Shown: in pieces, positions 12,025 through 23,849 of the stretch | Numbering within the stretch: the first letter of the stretch is position 1 | Layout: each line of letters begins with the position of its first letter | From: Octopus bimaculoides | Taxonomy: Eukaryota | NCBI RefSeq assembly: GCF_001194135.2 | Contig: NC_069003.1 | Location: 17,870,833-17,934,832 of the forward strand | DNA: 64,000 nt | Direction of reading: 5' to 3' | The notes under the pieces: generated by a model | Told to the model about the DNA's origin: nothing | Database searches by the model: none | Seen by the model: the letters and a program-made list of their open reading frames with translations, nothing else | Position numbers and translations under genes: made by a program

Positions 12025-13952
12025 GTGAGTTGTCTTTTAGTCTTCAGTTAATGGTAAGGAACAGTTATTCAGTTAACTTTGCAAACAGGTGCAGGCACAG
12101 GTATTCAGTTAAAAAGTTTACTTTGTAACCACATGATTTTGAGTTCAGTCCCTCTGTGCAGCTCCTTTGGGCAAGTGTCATCTACAATGGCCCTGGTCCA
12201 ACCAATGCCCTCAGTAAATATGGTACATGAAAATGTATTATAATATTTCATTCTGAGTTCAACTCCTGCCAATGTCACATTTTTTTATCCTTCAGAGGCT
12301 AATAAAATAAGAAACCAGTCTAGGACTGTGTATTGGTAGAATACCTTGCAGTATTTTGTTCTGGACTTGTGTGCTCTGAGTTCAAATCCCACCATGGAAT
12401 TACATGGGTGGTACACTTAGTTTGTCACCCAGTTTAATATCGTTACCTGGATCTATGTGTTTATAGTTGCAGGCTTAGCTGTGGTAAGAAGCTTGCTTCC
12501 AAATCACATGGTTTTGAGTTCAGTCCCACTGTATGCTACCTTGGGCTAGTATCTTCAGTTATAACCTTGGGTTGACCAAAGCCTTATGAGTGGATTTGGT
12601 AGACAGAAAGTGAAAGAAATCTGTTGTATAAATATATGTATGTATGTGTTACTACTCTTTGCTTTGACATCATGGGATGTCTAGTCACAAGGAAACATTA
12701 CCTTACCTGGAATCAGATGAGTGTTAGTGACAAGAAGGGCACCTGGCTTTAAAATATCTACCTCAACAAAATTCCATCCAATCCATGTGAGCATGGAAAA
12801 GTGAATGTTAAACTGATGATGATGATGATGATGTGTGTCCTTGTCTTCATATTGCATACTGATTGTCAGCAAATGTCACTGTCCTACCAGCAGTGTCCTT
12901 TGTTTGCAGTCTTCCATGGTAAACATTGTCTGACTATTTATGCTGTTTGGGTTTGAAGGATTAGAGAAACAGGTAAGAACTGATGGCAAGAAGAGCATCC
13001 AGCCATAGTAAATCTGCTTCAGTGAATTACATGTGACCCACACCAGCAGGGCAAAGTGGTCATGAAAAAATCATGGAAAAGATAAAAATCCTTTTCATAA
13101 ATGCATTACACATTACTTTTGTTTTTGCTTTCTCCCCATCTACTACTAAATATGAGTAGCCATGCAGATCTATAAAAACCTGCTCATGTCCCCTTCTCCC
13201 ACTTCTCATACTTTTACCCTTCATTTCCTAGCGTAAAGCTGACCTCCATCTCCTCTCAGAGTTTGTAATCTTGTAAGCTGCAAGACGAATTAGATACCGC
13301 TGATAAGATGAAGAAAGCACTCAGTACAAGCTGTAAAGTGATTGGTGTTAGGAGAAGCATGTGGTCATGGAAGCCATGCCAAACAAGACACTGAAGCATG
13401 ATACAATCCTTGGACCAATTAGATTCTGTCCAACAGTTGAGTCTATACCAGCATGAAACGTGGATATTAACTGATGATTATTAAACTCTAATTGGATTTG
13501 AAATGCTGTCCTTTACTTTACAGTGAGCAAGAAATATTTAATTCTGCTAACTATGGTGAATTGGCAGTCATTAGACTACAACATGAAATGTATTATAATA
13601 TTTCATTCTGAGTTCTTGTAATCTGAGTTCAACTCCTGCCAATGTCACATTTTTTTTATCCTTCAGAGGCTAATAAAATAAGAAACCAGTCTAGGACTTT
13701 GTATTGGTAGAATACCTTGCAGTATTTGTTCTGGACTTGTGTGCTCTGAGTTCAAATCCCACCATGGAATTACATGGGTGGTACACTTAGTTTGTCACCC
13801 AGTTTAATATCGTTACCTGGTACTTTGGGTACTTTAGCAGAATCCACTCTTGCAGGAAAATACCTGCCAGATCTCTAGTTTGAAGATATATTCTGCCCTC
13901 TTTCCCTATTGGTCTTGGAGGTCCCTATCATAAGTACTGCCCTCCCATCTTG

Positions 13953-14180
13953 ATTAACTCTTGATCCAACCCACCTAGGACCACTTCTGGTTCTATGATA
14001 CAAACTTCTTGCTTTAAAGCAATCTAAATTAAAGCCTTATTCCATCTAAATATCATGTTAATTTATGATTCAAACACCAGCTGAATAATAATAAAGTTTT
14101 ATTAAATTCTTCATTATTTTCAAAATTAATTGAAACAAAGGCAGTGTATTTCAACAGAAATATGATAACAAAGAGTTAAA
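13953..14180. mobile_element. TTAA-flanked piggyBac-type MITE (related copy at 33544-33830)
   Basis: ttaac...gttaa-type ends; the internal sequence taaattcttcattattttcaaaatta..tgaaa is shared between the two copies. Confidence 0.55.
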
Positions 14181-14365
14181 TAATAATAAAAAAAGATAAA
14201 ATAAATGGACATAATTTGGAAATTTAAGACAATTGTAGAGAAAAAAATTATCTAACATTGTGACTGATGCCAAAAATATATTTGCAAATGTTGATATGTA
14301 AAAAAAATAAAATTTGTATCACTGATTTTTATTTTTATTTTTATTTTATTTTTTAATTCTTGAAG

Positions 14366-14471
14366 GTAAAAGACGATCAAATTCTTCAGCTAAAATCTAC
14401 ACCAAAATCAAAAAGCAATTTTTATTGAGCAAACTACCTCATGTCTTGCGTCTTCACCTGAAACGGTTTAG
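14366..14471 (+). CDS. USP44/USP49: USP44/49-like exon (GKRRSNSSAKIYTKIKKQFLLSKLPHVLRLHLKRF)
   Basis: ttcttgaag acceptor and gtaaga donor; 106 nt, phase 1/2. Carries the LPxVLRLHLKRF USP motif. Confidence 0.93.
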
Positions 14472-14951
14472 GTAAGAGAATTTTTGGTCTTCTCTGTTGA
14501 CCATTTGATTCTGGAGTAAATGTTTCATGTATTTGCAAACTTGGGAGAGATTCTTGAGACAACAAGCATTGCCAGCTGCTATTGTTCTCAGAACATCAAC
14601 CCTAGAAAAACAGGAGTCAATAAACTTTCAAAGAATTTCTACTGTTCGCTCTCTTTATAATGACTTAACAAACATTTTAGAAGCTGTTGTTGTTGTTTAC
14701 CTTTACCCTCATGTCAGCCTTAATCAAACAGACCTTGAATCAAGATCAAAATAATTCCAGCCATGGCCATCTTCATCTTATTTCCCAGATAATATTATCT
14801 AGAACAGCATTAGCCAATGTGTATAGTTAGCCTTTTTCTTTTTAAAGATGAATAAGGTGGGAGGAAGATTTAGCTGCTATTTCTAACAGGTTGACCAACT
14901 ACATGGAGACTTTCCTTGATAACTTGCTTAAAAGTTAGTTAATCCTAACTA

Positions 14952-15004
<53 letters not shown>

Positions 15005-15217
15005 CCTTGCTGTTCTTTCAGTATTTGTCTCCCAGACCAACCATTCTCCATCAGCTCCTCTTCCTCTTCAGTGATAAACACAAGATTATTTCAACATGTA
15101 TTTATTTTATGATTTATTCGTTCCCCCAAATTATAAAAATCTATTGAAATGTAATTATTTGTGTTTTTCTTTATATATTATTATTATTATTATTATTACC
15201 ATTTTCTTTCCCTCCAG

Positions 15218-15417
15218 ATGGTCGAAAGGTAACCACAGAGAGAAGATAGCCACACACGTCTCATTTGACAAGTTTTTGAACATTCAACAGTTTTGTGCCA
15301 AATCAATGAGCAGCATACAATCCCAGCGTGTTTACCAACTCTCAGCCATTATCATCCATCATGGTAAAGGTTTTGGGTCAGGCCATTACACAGCTTTCTG
15401 TTGGAGCAAAGAGGCTG
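15218..15417 (+). CDS. USP44/USP49: USP44/49-like exon with His box (RWSKGNHREKIATHV...YQLSAIIIHHGKGFGSGHYTAFCWSKEA)
   Basis: ctccag acceptor and gtatgt donor; 200 nt, phase 2/1. Contains the catalytic His box GSGHY. Confidence 0.95.
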
Positions 15418-15684
15418 GTATGTAGTACTTTGATGCATGTATCATCTTCACTCAATGTCAGAGCATGAGACAAAATGCACTTAAGTATTTCTTCTGGGTT
15501 GTTGAATCCTGCTGATGTTAAGTTTGCCTTTTATCCTTCCAGGGTCAATAAATAAGTTACAATAAGATACCAAAGTCTTATGAGCAGATTTAGTTGCTGG
15601 AAACTGAAAGAAGTCCATTGTGTTTGTGTTAGAGAGTGTGTTATTGTCTCCTTTCCTTGACATAGCATCAGATTTGTAATCTAT

Positions 15685-15870
15685 AGGTGCAGGCATGACT
15701 GTGTGTTAAGAAGTTTGCTTCCCAACTACATGGTTCTGGGTTCAGTCCCATTGCATGGCACCATAGGCGAGTGTCCTTTACTATAACCTTGAGCTGACAA
15801 AAACCTTGTGAGTGCTTTTGGTAGATGGAAACTGAAAGAAGCCTGTCATATTGCTATATCTATGTGTGTG
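15685..15870 (+). mobile_element. tRNA-type SINE, family B (other copies near 12465-12660 +, 45240-45400, 40780-40945 -, 48470-48620 -, 54520-54660 -, 55400-55570 -, 60430-60590 -)
   Basis: Recurrent ggtaagaagcttgcttcccaaccacatggttc.gggttcagtccca.tgc.tggcacc...ggaaactgaaagaagcc followed by a (TG)/(TA) tail; B-box-like GGTTCAGTCCC. Confidence 0.75.
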
Positions 15871-16254
15871 TGTGTTTGTCCCTGTAACTTAGTGGCTTGG
15901 CAAAAGAAGTACTGGTGTGGATTCATTTGACTGAAATTCTTCAAGGCTGTGTCCAGCATGGCCACAATCTAATGACTGGAACAAGTAAAAGATAAAGGAT
16001 AAAATTATCATCATCATGTATGCAGCGAACTTCCACAAAAATCATGACTGTTCATGGGGAAGTATTACCAAACTTCAAAACAGGTGAAGGTTGACCACAG
16101 TAGGAGTATCTGGCCGTATGTACAAAATCTACCTCATTAAACTCTCTTTGACCCATACAAGTATGAAAAATTGGACACTGAAATGATGATAATGATGACG
16201 ATGCAGACAATGATGTATTTGAGTGTATGCATGTGTGTGTGAGTGTATATATAT

Positions 16255-16468
16255 ATATCATCATCATCGTTTAACGTCCGCTTTCCATGCTAGCATGGGT
16301 TGGATATTTTGACTGAGGACTGGTGAAACCGGATGGCAACACCAGCCTCCAATCTGACTTGGCAGAGTTTCTACAGCTGGATGCCCTTCCTAACGCCAAC
16401 CACTCAGAGAGTGTAGTCGGTGCTTTTACGTGTCACCCGCACGAAGGCCAGTCAGGCGGTACTGGCAT

Positions 16469-16470
<2 letters not shown>
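16255..16470 (-). mobile_element. RTE-associated 3'-end repeat/SINE ending in (GAT)n (copies near 7940-8200, 36590-36960, 47460-47750, 52890-53100)
   Basis: Recurrent catcatcatcgtttaacgtccgctttccatgctagcatgggttgg...ctacagctggatgcccttcctaacgccaaccac; contiguous with RTE coding remnants at 36.6-37.6 kb and 52.9-53.9 kb. Confidence 0.65.
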
Positions 16471-16515
<45 letters not shown>

Positions 16516-16544
16516 TTATATATGTATATATATATATATATATA

Positions 16545-17394
16545 CAGGGTGCGATGGGTAAATTGTCACCATTTTGTATTTTTAATTTAGTGTATGTGCA
16601 TTGTTTGTTTTTGATTTTGTTGACTACCCAGTATAGTAGGGTCAGTCAGGCACTATCTGTGAGAAAAACAGCACCATGACGCAATTCGCTCTGACAGAAA
16701 TTTGGAAACGACATGCTGTACTGCTTGCCATTTGTGCCGGAAGCTCCAGTATGAACATTTCAGACTGTTTGGGTGTCAGTCTGAGGACATGTATCGAGAG
16801 TGATAAAAATCAAACATCCAGTCAACATCATGGTGTTTGGAGTTATCACTAGTGATGGCGAAGTTATGCCTCCATTCATCTTCCACTGGAGGCCTACATC
16901 AAGTGGAGGAGGTAGTGCTGCTTTGGGTCAAGAGGGTGGGTGCTAGAAGAGCCTATGTCTGACAACAGGGCTCTGCACCATGTCATACAAGCAGAAGAAC
17001 CCAGCCATGGCTGTCAGACAATTTCTGCAACCACATCACCCCTAACATCTGGCCACCTAACTCCCCAGACTGCAACCCCCTTGATTATTATGTGTGGAGT
17101 GCAGTTAAGCGAGAAACCAACAAAACCCCTTGTAACACCAAAGATGAACTGAAGGCAAGGATTATGGCAGCATTAACGAACTTAAACAAGGAGACCATCC
17201 AGAAGAGTTGCAAGAGATTCTGAAGTTTCCTGGAAGCCATTTTTGAAACCAATGGCAATTTTATTGAATGAATTTATTCTTTAGTATTTCAAGATATTTT
17301 TATGTAGTTTTGGTAAATATATCTGCTAAAATGAGATGTCAGTGTTATTTTCATTTTTGCGTAATTTAGACGACAATATATTCACCACATCCTG
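16545..17394 (+). mobile_element. Internally deleted Tc1/mariner (maT/DD37D-like) transposon with TA target duplication; a 5' fragment of the same family is inverted at about 19445-19590
   Basis: Ends are TA-cagggtg...catcctg-TA. Transposase remnants read KHPVNIMVFGVITSDG.VMPP, QQGSAPCHT and WPPNSPDCNPLDYYVW. Confidence 0.85.
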
Positions 17395-17399
17395 TATAT

Positions 17400-17625
17400 G
17401 TATATACTCTTTACTCTTTTCCTCTTTTACTTGTTTCAATCATTTGACTGTGGCCATGCTGGAGCACCACCTTTTAGCCAAAGAAATTGACCCCTGCACT
17501 TATTCTTTGTAAGCCTGGTGCTTATTTTATCAGTCTCTTCTACTGAACCACTAAGTTATGGGGATGTAAATACACCGACACCAGTTGTCCAGTAATATGG
17601 CGAAAACACACACATAAACATATAA
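17400..17625. mobile_element. SINE family C (copies near 40570-40770, 45690-45860, 48260-48460, 54280-54500, 57310-57520, 62440-62630)
   Basis: Recurrent ttttacttgtttcagtcatt.gactg.ggccatgctggagcacc...cttattctattggtctcttttgctgaac..ctaagtta.gggga. Confidence 0.7.
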
Positions 17626-19836
17626 ATATATAGAAGGATAAAATTATTATTATAGAATAATAATAATATCAGTGGCCAGCATGCAATTAAAAACCATAGA
17701 GGTAAAAATTAATTTGAATTTAAAATTGTATATAAAAATGTGTTATCATAATGAAGGGTACTTGGAAGAAGTACCAAAATGCTAGAAATAGAAGTCAAGA
17801 AGACTCTAAACTACCTATTTCACTCTTTTGCACAGATGAATGCAAGGAAATGAGCAAACTAAATTTAGCCTACCTTTAATGGATAAACAGATAATCCCAT
17901 ATCAAATGATTTCAGGGTCTTTAATACATATATACACAAGTCATTTGCTCATCTCCCCATGCGCTTTTNNNNNNNNNNNNNNNNNNNNNNNNNNNNNNNN
18001 NNNNNNNNNNNNNNNNNNNNNNNNNNNNNNNNNNNNNNNNNNNNNNNNNNNNNNNNNNNNNNNNNNNNNNNNNNNNNNNNNNNNNNNNNNNNNNNNNNNN
18101 NNNNNNNNNNNNNNNNNNNNNNNNNNNNNNNNNNNNNNNNNNNNNNNNNNNNNNNNNNNNNNNNNNNNNNNNNNNNNNNNNNNNNNNNNNNNNNNNNNNN
18201 NNNNNNNNNNNNNNNNNNNNNNNNNNNNNNNNNNNNNNNNNNNNNNNNNNNNNNNNNNNNNNNNNNNNNNNNNNNNNNNNNNNNNNNNNNNNNNNNNNNN
18301 NNNNNNNNNNNNNNNNNNNNNNNNNNNNNNNNNNNNNNNNNNNNNNNNNNNNNNNNNNNAGATATATATATATATATAACCAAAAATTTAGATTCAGATG
18401 AATATAGTACTTAAGTTGAGGCACCAGAATTTAGTACGGTATTATCCATACAATTTAAAAATAAGGTGATTAAAATCAAAATAAGCAACAAGGATATCAT
18501 TACATCATGATTGCATTGTTTAGTTAAATGGATTTGCTTGAAACGATCGTACTGCATTACCTCTGGATATCCTTGTTGCTTATTTTGATTATATATATAT
18601 ATATATAAAGAAGGATAAAATTATTATTAATATAATAATAATATTAGTGGCCAGCATACAATTAAAAACTATAGAGGTAAAAATTAATTTGAATTTAAAA
18701 TTATATACATAAAGTATAATGAAAGGTACTTGGAAAAAGTACCAACATGCTAGAAAAAGAAGTCAGAAAGACTCTAAACCACGTTTATCAGTCTTTTACA
18801 TAGATGAAAGCAAGGAAATGAGCAAAATAAATTTAGCCTACCTTTAATGGATAAACAGATACTCCCATATCTCTGTAATGAATACTTAGCTATCACCAGT
18901 GAGATTCACCGTATTAGTAAATATACGTGAATATATATACATATGTATACATACATATACATACATACATTTGCACATATAAACACAAGGCCAATCATTC
19001 GCTCTTCTCACCATGCACTTTTCAATCAAATACTTCTTCAGTGCAATACAATGACCAGAGTGAATAAAACAAGTAAAGAAAAGCACATGGTGAGATGGGC
19101 GAATGATTGGCCTTCTGTTTATATGTATGTATGTATATGTATGCGTATATATTCATGTATTAGTACTAACATGATGAGTCTCACTGATGACAGCTAAGTA
19201 TTCATTATAGAGCCTGAAATGGTTTGATATGGGATTATCTGTTTATCCATTAAAAGGAGGTTAAATTTATTTTGCACATTTCTGAGCATTCATCTGCAAA
19301 AGAGTGAAATAGGTAGTTTAGAGTCATTTTGACTTCTATTTCTAGCATGTTGGTACTTTTTTCAAGCACCCTTCATTATGATTATATATTTTTATGTATA
19401 ATTATAAATCTATATTAGTTTTTAGCTCTATGGTTTTTAATTATGCAGTACAGCATGTTGTTGCAAATTTCTGGCAGAGTGAATAGTGCTGTTTTCTCAG
19501 AGACGGTGCCCAACTGACCCTACTATACTGTGTAGTCAACAAAATCAAAAACAAACAATGCGCATGCACGAAATTAAAAATATAAAATGGTAACAATATA
19601 TATATACATATATACATCACACACACACACATATATATGATGTGTATATATATATTTAAGAATTTGTGTTGCAACATTCCTGATGTGAAACCAAGTGTTG
19701 AAGCAGATATATATCAGGATGGTTCTTTTCTTCTCCCCCCCCCCACCAAATAAGCACACATACTATATATTTGTTCTTCAGTTGTTTATTACTGTTCTTA
19801 TTTCATCTTAGGTCCATAGTCTGGAAATGTTTTGTC

Positions 19837-20110
19837 ACACATCTGTGACCTCTGCAATTACCCTTTCCACCCACATGTGTCCTTCTGCTCTGCTTAATTC
19901 ATACTGTCCTTCTATGATCTATTTCCTTATCTGCACATGCGGCTACCTCTGTAACTATGTGTGTGTGTATATGTTTGTGCATACACACACACACAGTTAC
20001 AGAGTTAGCCGCATGTGCAGATAAGGAAATACACCATAAAAAGACAGAATTAAGCAGAGCAGGAGGACACATGTGGGTGGAAAGGGTCATTGCAGAGGTC
20101 ACAGATGTGT
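19837..20110. repeat. 274-bp fold-back (arms of about 130 bp, 10-nt loop), MITE-like or PLE-derived
   Basis: Arm-to-arm reverse complement read directly. Confidence 0.95.
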
Positions 20111-20699
20111 TCCACTTGTATGTATATGGGCTTGGCCACTACATTGTTTATTATCCATGCCCTTTATATTATTGTTCTCAGTAGTATTTTGAGCCTTACT
20201 CTTGATATTGTTCTTGTACCCCTCTGTGTCTGTGTGTTTTCCATGCCACTGCCACCATGGTTGATGTGGCTATTAGGGAAGTTACTGTACATGTGTTTGT
20301 TTGTATATATGGGTTTGCATACTATGTTGTTTGTATCCATGTACTTCATACAGTTTTTTTGTTTATCTGTTTATCTCTATTTCTGATATTTATAACAGGT
20401 ATGTGCATGTTTGGTTTTTGTGTGTATTATATTGTTTGTACTTTTTCTTTTCTTCTGTTTTTAGTTGTCATGTTGCATGTTGTGGTGGTGGGTGTTATTG
20501 TTCCATTCACGTTTTCTGTTGAGTTGCTGTATACATGTGACAAGGCTGAACATACAGCCTTATCACACTGTCACGCTGAATCTCCTCGAGAACTATGTTA
20601 AGGGTACACATGTCTGTGGAATGCTCAGCCACTTGCACGTTAATTTCACGAGCAGACTGTTCCGTTGATTGGATCAACTGGAACCCTCGTCGTAACCGA

Positions 20700-22345
20700 C
20701 GGAGTGCTGTATACATCCAAGAGGACCTCACAGCCCAGGTCCTGTTGTCATATTAAAATTCAGTGTGACACTCAAATTGTACACGTAAGACAACTTAATA
20801 TTGTCATATATATTACATATCTCCCACAGGATGCCCCAAATCATGCAGGTAAGTTTGAAGACTGCCTAGCAAAGATAGAAGTTCTCACCAAACTGGAACA
20901 ACACATCAGTGTATTCCTTTTGGGTGACTTAAACTTCCCCGATATGGGATGGCCTGGGGGCCAAATGCTCCTAGGAATGACACCACCAGCAAGCACAGGG
21001 GGAGTCTCTGCTCCACCTTACCAATGCTTCTTTCATGGATCAAATTGTGCTACAACCAACCAGGGCAAATAATATACTGGATCTCTGCTTCACAAACAAT
21101 ATGGACATTATCCATAATGTTAAAGTTAGACTGACGCTGGTTTCAGATCACAACATAATAGAGTTGTCTATGTATGGACCAAAAGACCCTGCAGATGCAC
21201 AGCCTATACAAAGCCACCAAAATCTCTCCAAACTGAATTTTCATAAAGCAAAATGGAAGTTGATTGAGAAAGAGATCCTCAAACAGGATTGGCCTAAATG
21301 TCTCTCCACACCAGGCATTGACATGAAACACAAACATTTCATGTTCATAATGCAAGCCATATGTGACAAATCTGTCCCAGAGCACAGGACCAACATACAC
21401 AAAATCAGGAAGATTCTTATGAGACAATGGACAAAGATTGCGAACTGCTTTAACGAGCACCCTAAAAGTGGTGAGAAGCCTTGCCTGGAGACAGCACTGC
21501 TGGAGATTGAAAATAGTCTGCATCAATCTCACAAAAAGGAGAGAGCAGATAAGGAAGCTTGGGTTACAGAAAATATCAAGTCAAACCCTAAAGCTTTCTT
21601 TAAGATTACCAAAGAAACAGCTTCAGTATGCCACAAGATAGGACCCCATTTCTAAAAGGATAGTTCCCTTACAGGAAACCCAATGAGGATAAGTGAAATA
21701 CTGAACGAACACTACACCACTGGGGACACAAGCAAGTGAAAAAACCAGCAGAATTCTTTGCCACTTTATCTGTGACCAAATGGCAAAAAAATTCATTGAT
21801 TACATCGACATTCAAGATATAACACTAGAAATAGATGAGCTTGACACAAATTCATCTGCTGGCTCTGATGGAAATCAAAACAATCCAATGAAGCTACACA
21901 AGGAAAATTATCTCAATGCAATTTATCAGCTACTGGGAAAGACTAAAAGACTTAAAACTCTTCTCCCTAGAACAAAGGTGAGAAAGATATGCAGTGATAT
22001 ACAACTGGAAAATCCTGGAAGGCCTTGTACCAAACGTTGCACAGGACCAGAGAGTGCAACAGCTTGGGCTTCAAAGGCCCACAGCGCTTCAGCGCTGTGG
22101 GCCTTTGAAGCCCAAGCTGTATCCTTTCGAAGTGCCTGAGAGACCTGCATAGTGCAGATGTAGGTGTCTTCAAAACACAACTTGATCTCCTCCTGTCGAG
22201 GGCTCCTCATGAGCTTATTTCACAGCAGGAAACACAGATGAGAGCAGCAGCATCAAACTCCCTCATTTACCAAATGCTACATAACAGAGGAGGTTTCAAA
22301 TAGTGGTGTAGCACAGTCAACAGTGGTACACAGCATGCCTGCAGC
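20700..22345 (+). mobile_element. CR1/L2-group LINE remnant: APE endonuclease and linker plus 3' end, with most of the RT core deleted
   Basis: Reads VFLLGDLNFPD, PTRANNILDLCFTN, SDHNIIEL and ENIKSNPKAFF; the 3' region is similar to 29800-29960. Confidence 0.8.
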
Positions 22346-22389
22346 TTTGAAGCTGAAATAATTTAAAGATTTATATCATATATGTAGAT

Positions 22390-23310
22390 AGATAGATAGA
22401 TAAATAAATAAATGGAGTTAAACGCAGGTGTTATTCAAATCTTTATATTTCCAACATATGTTTCGAATAAAACATTGGTATTATTCAAGAAGGTATAAAA
22501 TGATGTAAAACAATGCAGTCTTCTCATCAGGGGGGAAAAAAAGAGAAAAAACGCATCGATAAGACATTTTAACCAAAATGTGGTCACTGCATATATGATG
22601 AAGGGAATGCTGGTAAGTTAATTTACTAAGCCCTTAGACATATCAATAAATGCAACAATACTGGGCTTAGTAAATTAATTTGGTCTTTAAAGGAACATAA
22701 ACAATTTGATTTCAAATGAAATATTCTATCTAGGTCCTTTCCTTATGATAAAGGTAAATCTTTTTGTTCGCTCTGTAATGATGAACTGTATTTCATCCTG
22801 TTCTCAGAAAATCCTCTTGTAAACATGTTGAAAGAATGGGTTTATCATTGCAACATTGACAAAAACATACCTTTAGTTCCTATAAGTAATTTCTACCAAT
22901 CTATAAAATTCGACCTTTAACTGTCTTCTTACATTTCACTACCATTAAATATATCTATTTCCATGCCTTTAATCTTTATTCCTATTTACTTATTGCACTA
23001 TATTTCTCCACTCATAGTTTTCTGCTAATTTCTTTCTTCCTCCTCCTCTTTCTATAAATTGCCTTTGACGTTATATCTGTTAATGGTTTTTTTAAAAAAT
23101 CCCTTCATCATATATGCAGGAATCACATTCGGTTAAAATATCTTATTGATGTGTTTTGTTTCTCTTTTTTTTTTCCTGATGAGAAAATTGCATTATTTTA
23201 CATCATTTTATTTCTTCTTGAATAATACCAATGTTTTCTTTAAAACATATGTTGGAAGTATAAAGATTTGAGTAACACCTGCATTTAACTCCATTTATTT
23301 ATTTATCTAT
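22390..23310 (+). mobile_element. 5'-truncated Penelope-like element: GIY-YIG C-terminal remnant (about 22600-22890) between inverted copies of its 3' terminus
   Basis: Degenerate frame GLSKLIWSLKE...ILSRSFPYDKGKSFCSLCNDELYFIL resembles the PLE endonuclease C-terminus. 22398-22550 is the reverse complement of 23160-23310. Confidence 0.7.
22448..22535 (-). ncRNA. Hammerhead-like motif with an enlarged stem II region
   Basis: Minus strand reads cc-CTGATGA-G...57 nt...C-GAAA-C-ATAT-GTT-ggaaa. Confidence 0.35.
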
Positions 23311-23849
23311 GTTATACAAAAACATTTCACTAAACCCTAGAATTTCTACCTTTATGAGTAGGTTGTTACATCCTTGGTACTTATGTGAATTTTTGCTACC
23401 CTGGTAACTATTTATTATTTTTTTCTGTTATTTGTACACATCGAAAAAATACACATACATTTATATGTGTATATATGTGTGTGTGTGTGTGTGTGTGTAA
23501 TTCTGAACAAACAGTAAAAGGTTGTCATTATAGTACTCAGAGTTTCAAATGTCGGAATGACGAGCTACAATACATTCCTGTCGGCTATTAATGGCAACAG
23601 ATGCTATAAAAAAATGTTGAATAAAAGGGAAGTTACTCTAATAGGTAGAAAAACGATAAAAAATACACGCAACTCTATTCTCACAATACATAGACAAACC
23701 TTCTGCGTTCATAACGTCTACATACATACACATTCACACAAATATGAAACTCCAAGTGCTATAATGACAACCTTTTACTGTTTGTTCTAAATTATAACAT
23801 ATAAATAAGCCTCTATTTATGTAATATTGAGGTCTCATTAAGAAAAATG

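Noticed and set aside
14361-14371. AAG|GTAAAA acceptor that also looks like a donor (recursive-splice-like)
   Set aside because: It is explained by a phase-1 Gly codon, and the exon is required for the catalytic domain.
15685-15770. tRNA-like sequences with A/B-box words
   Set aside because: They are SINE heads with no complete cloverleaf; no true tRNA or rRNA gene was found.
17840-18424. Long ORFs spanning X runs (also at 32.7, 36.3, 38.7, 45.8, 47.7, 51.6 kb)
   Set aside because: Artefacts of N-gaps.
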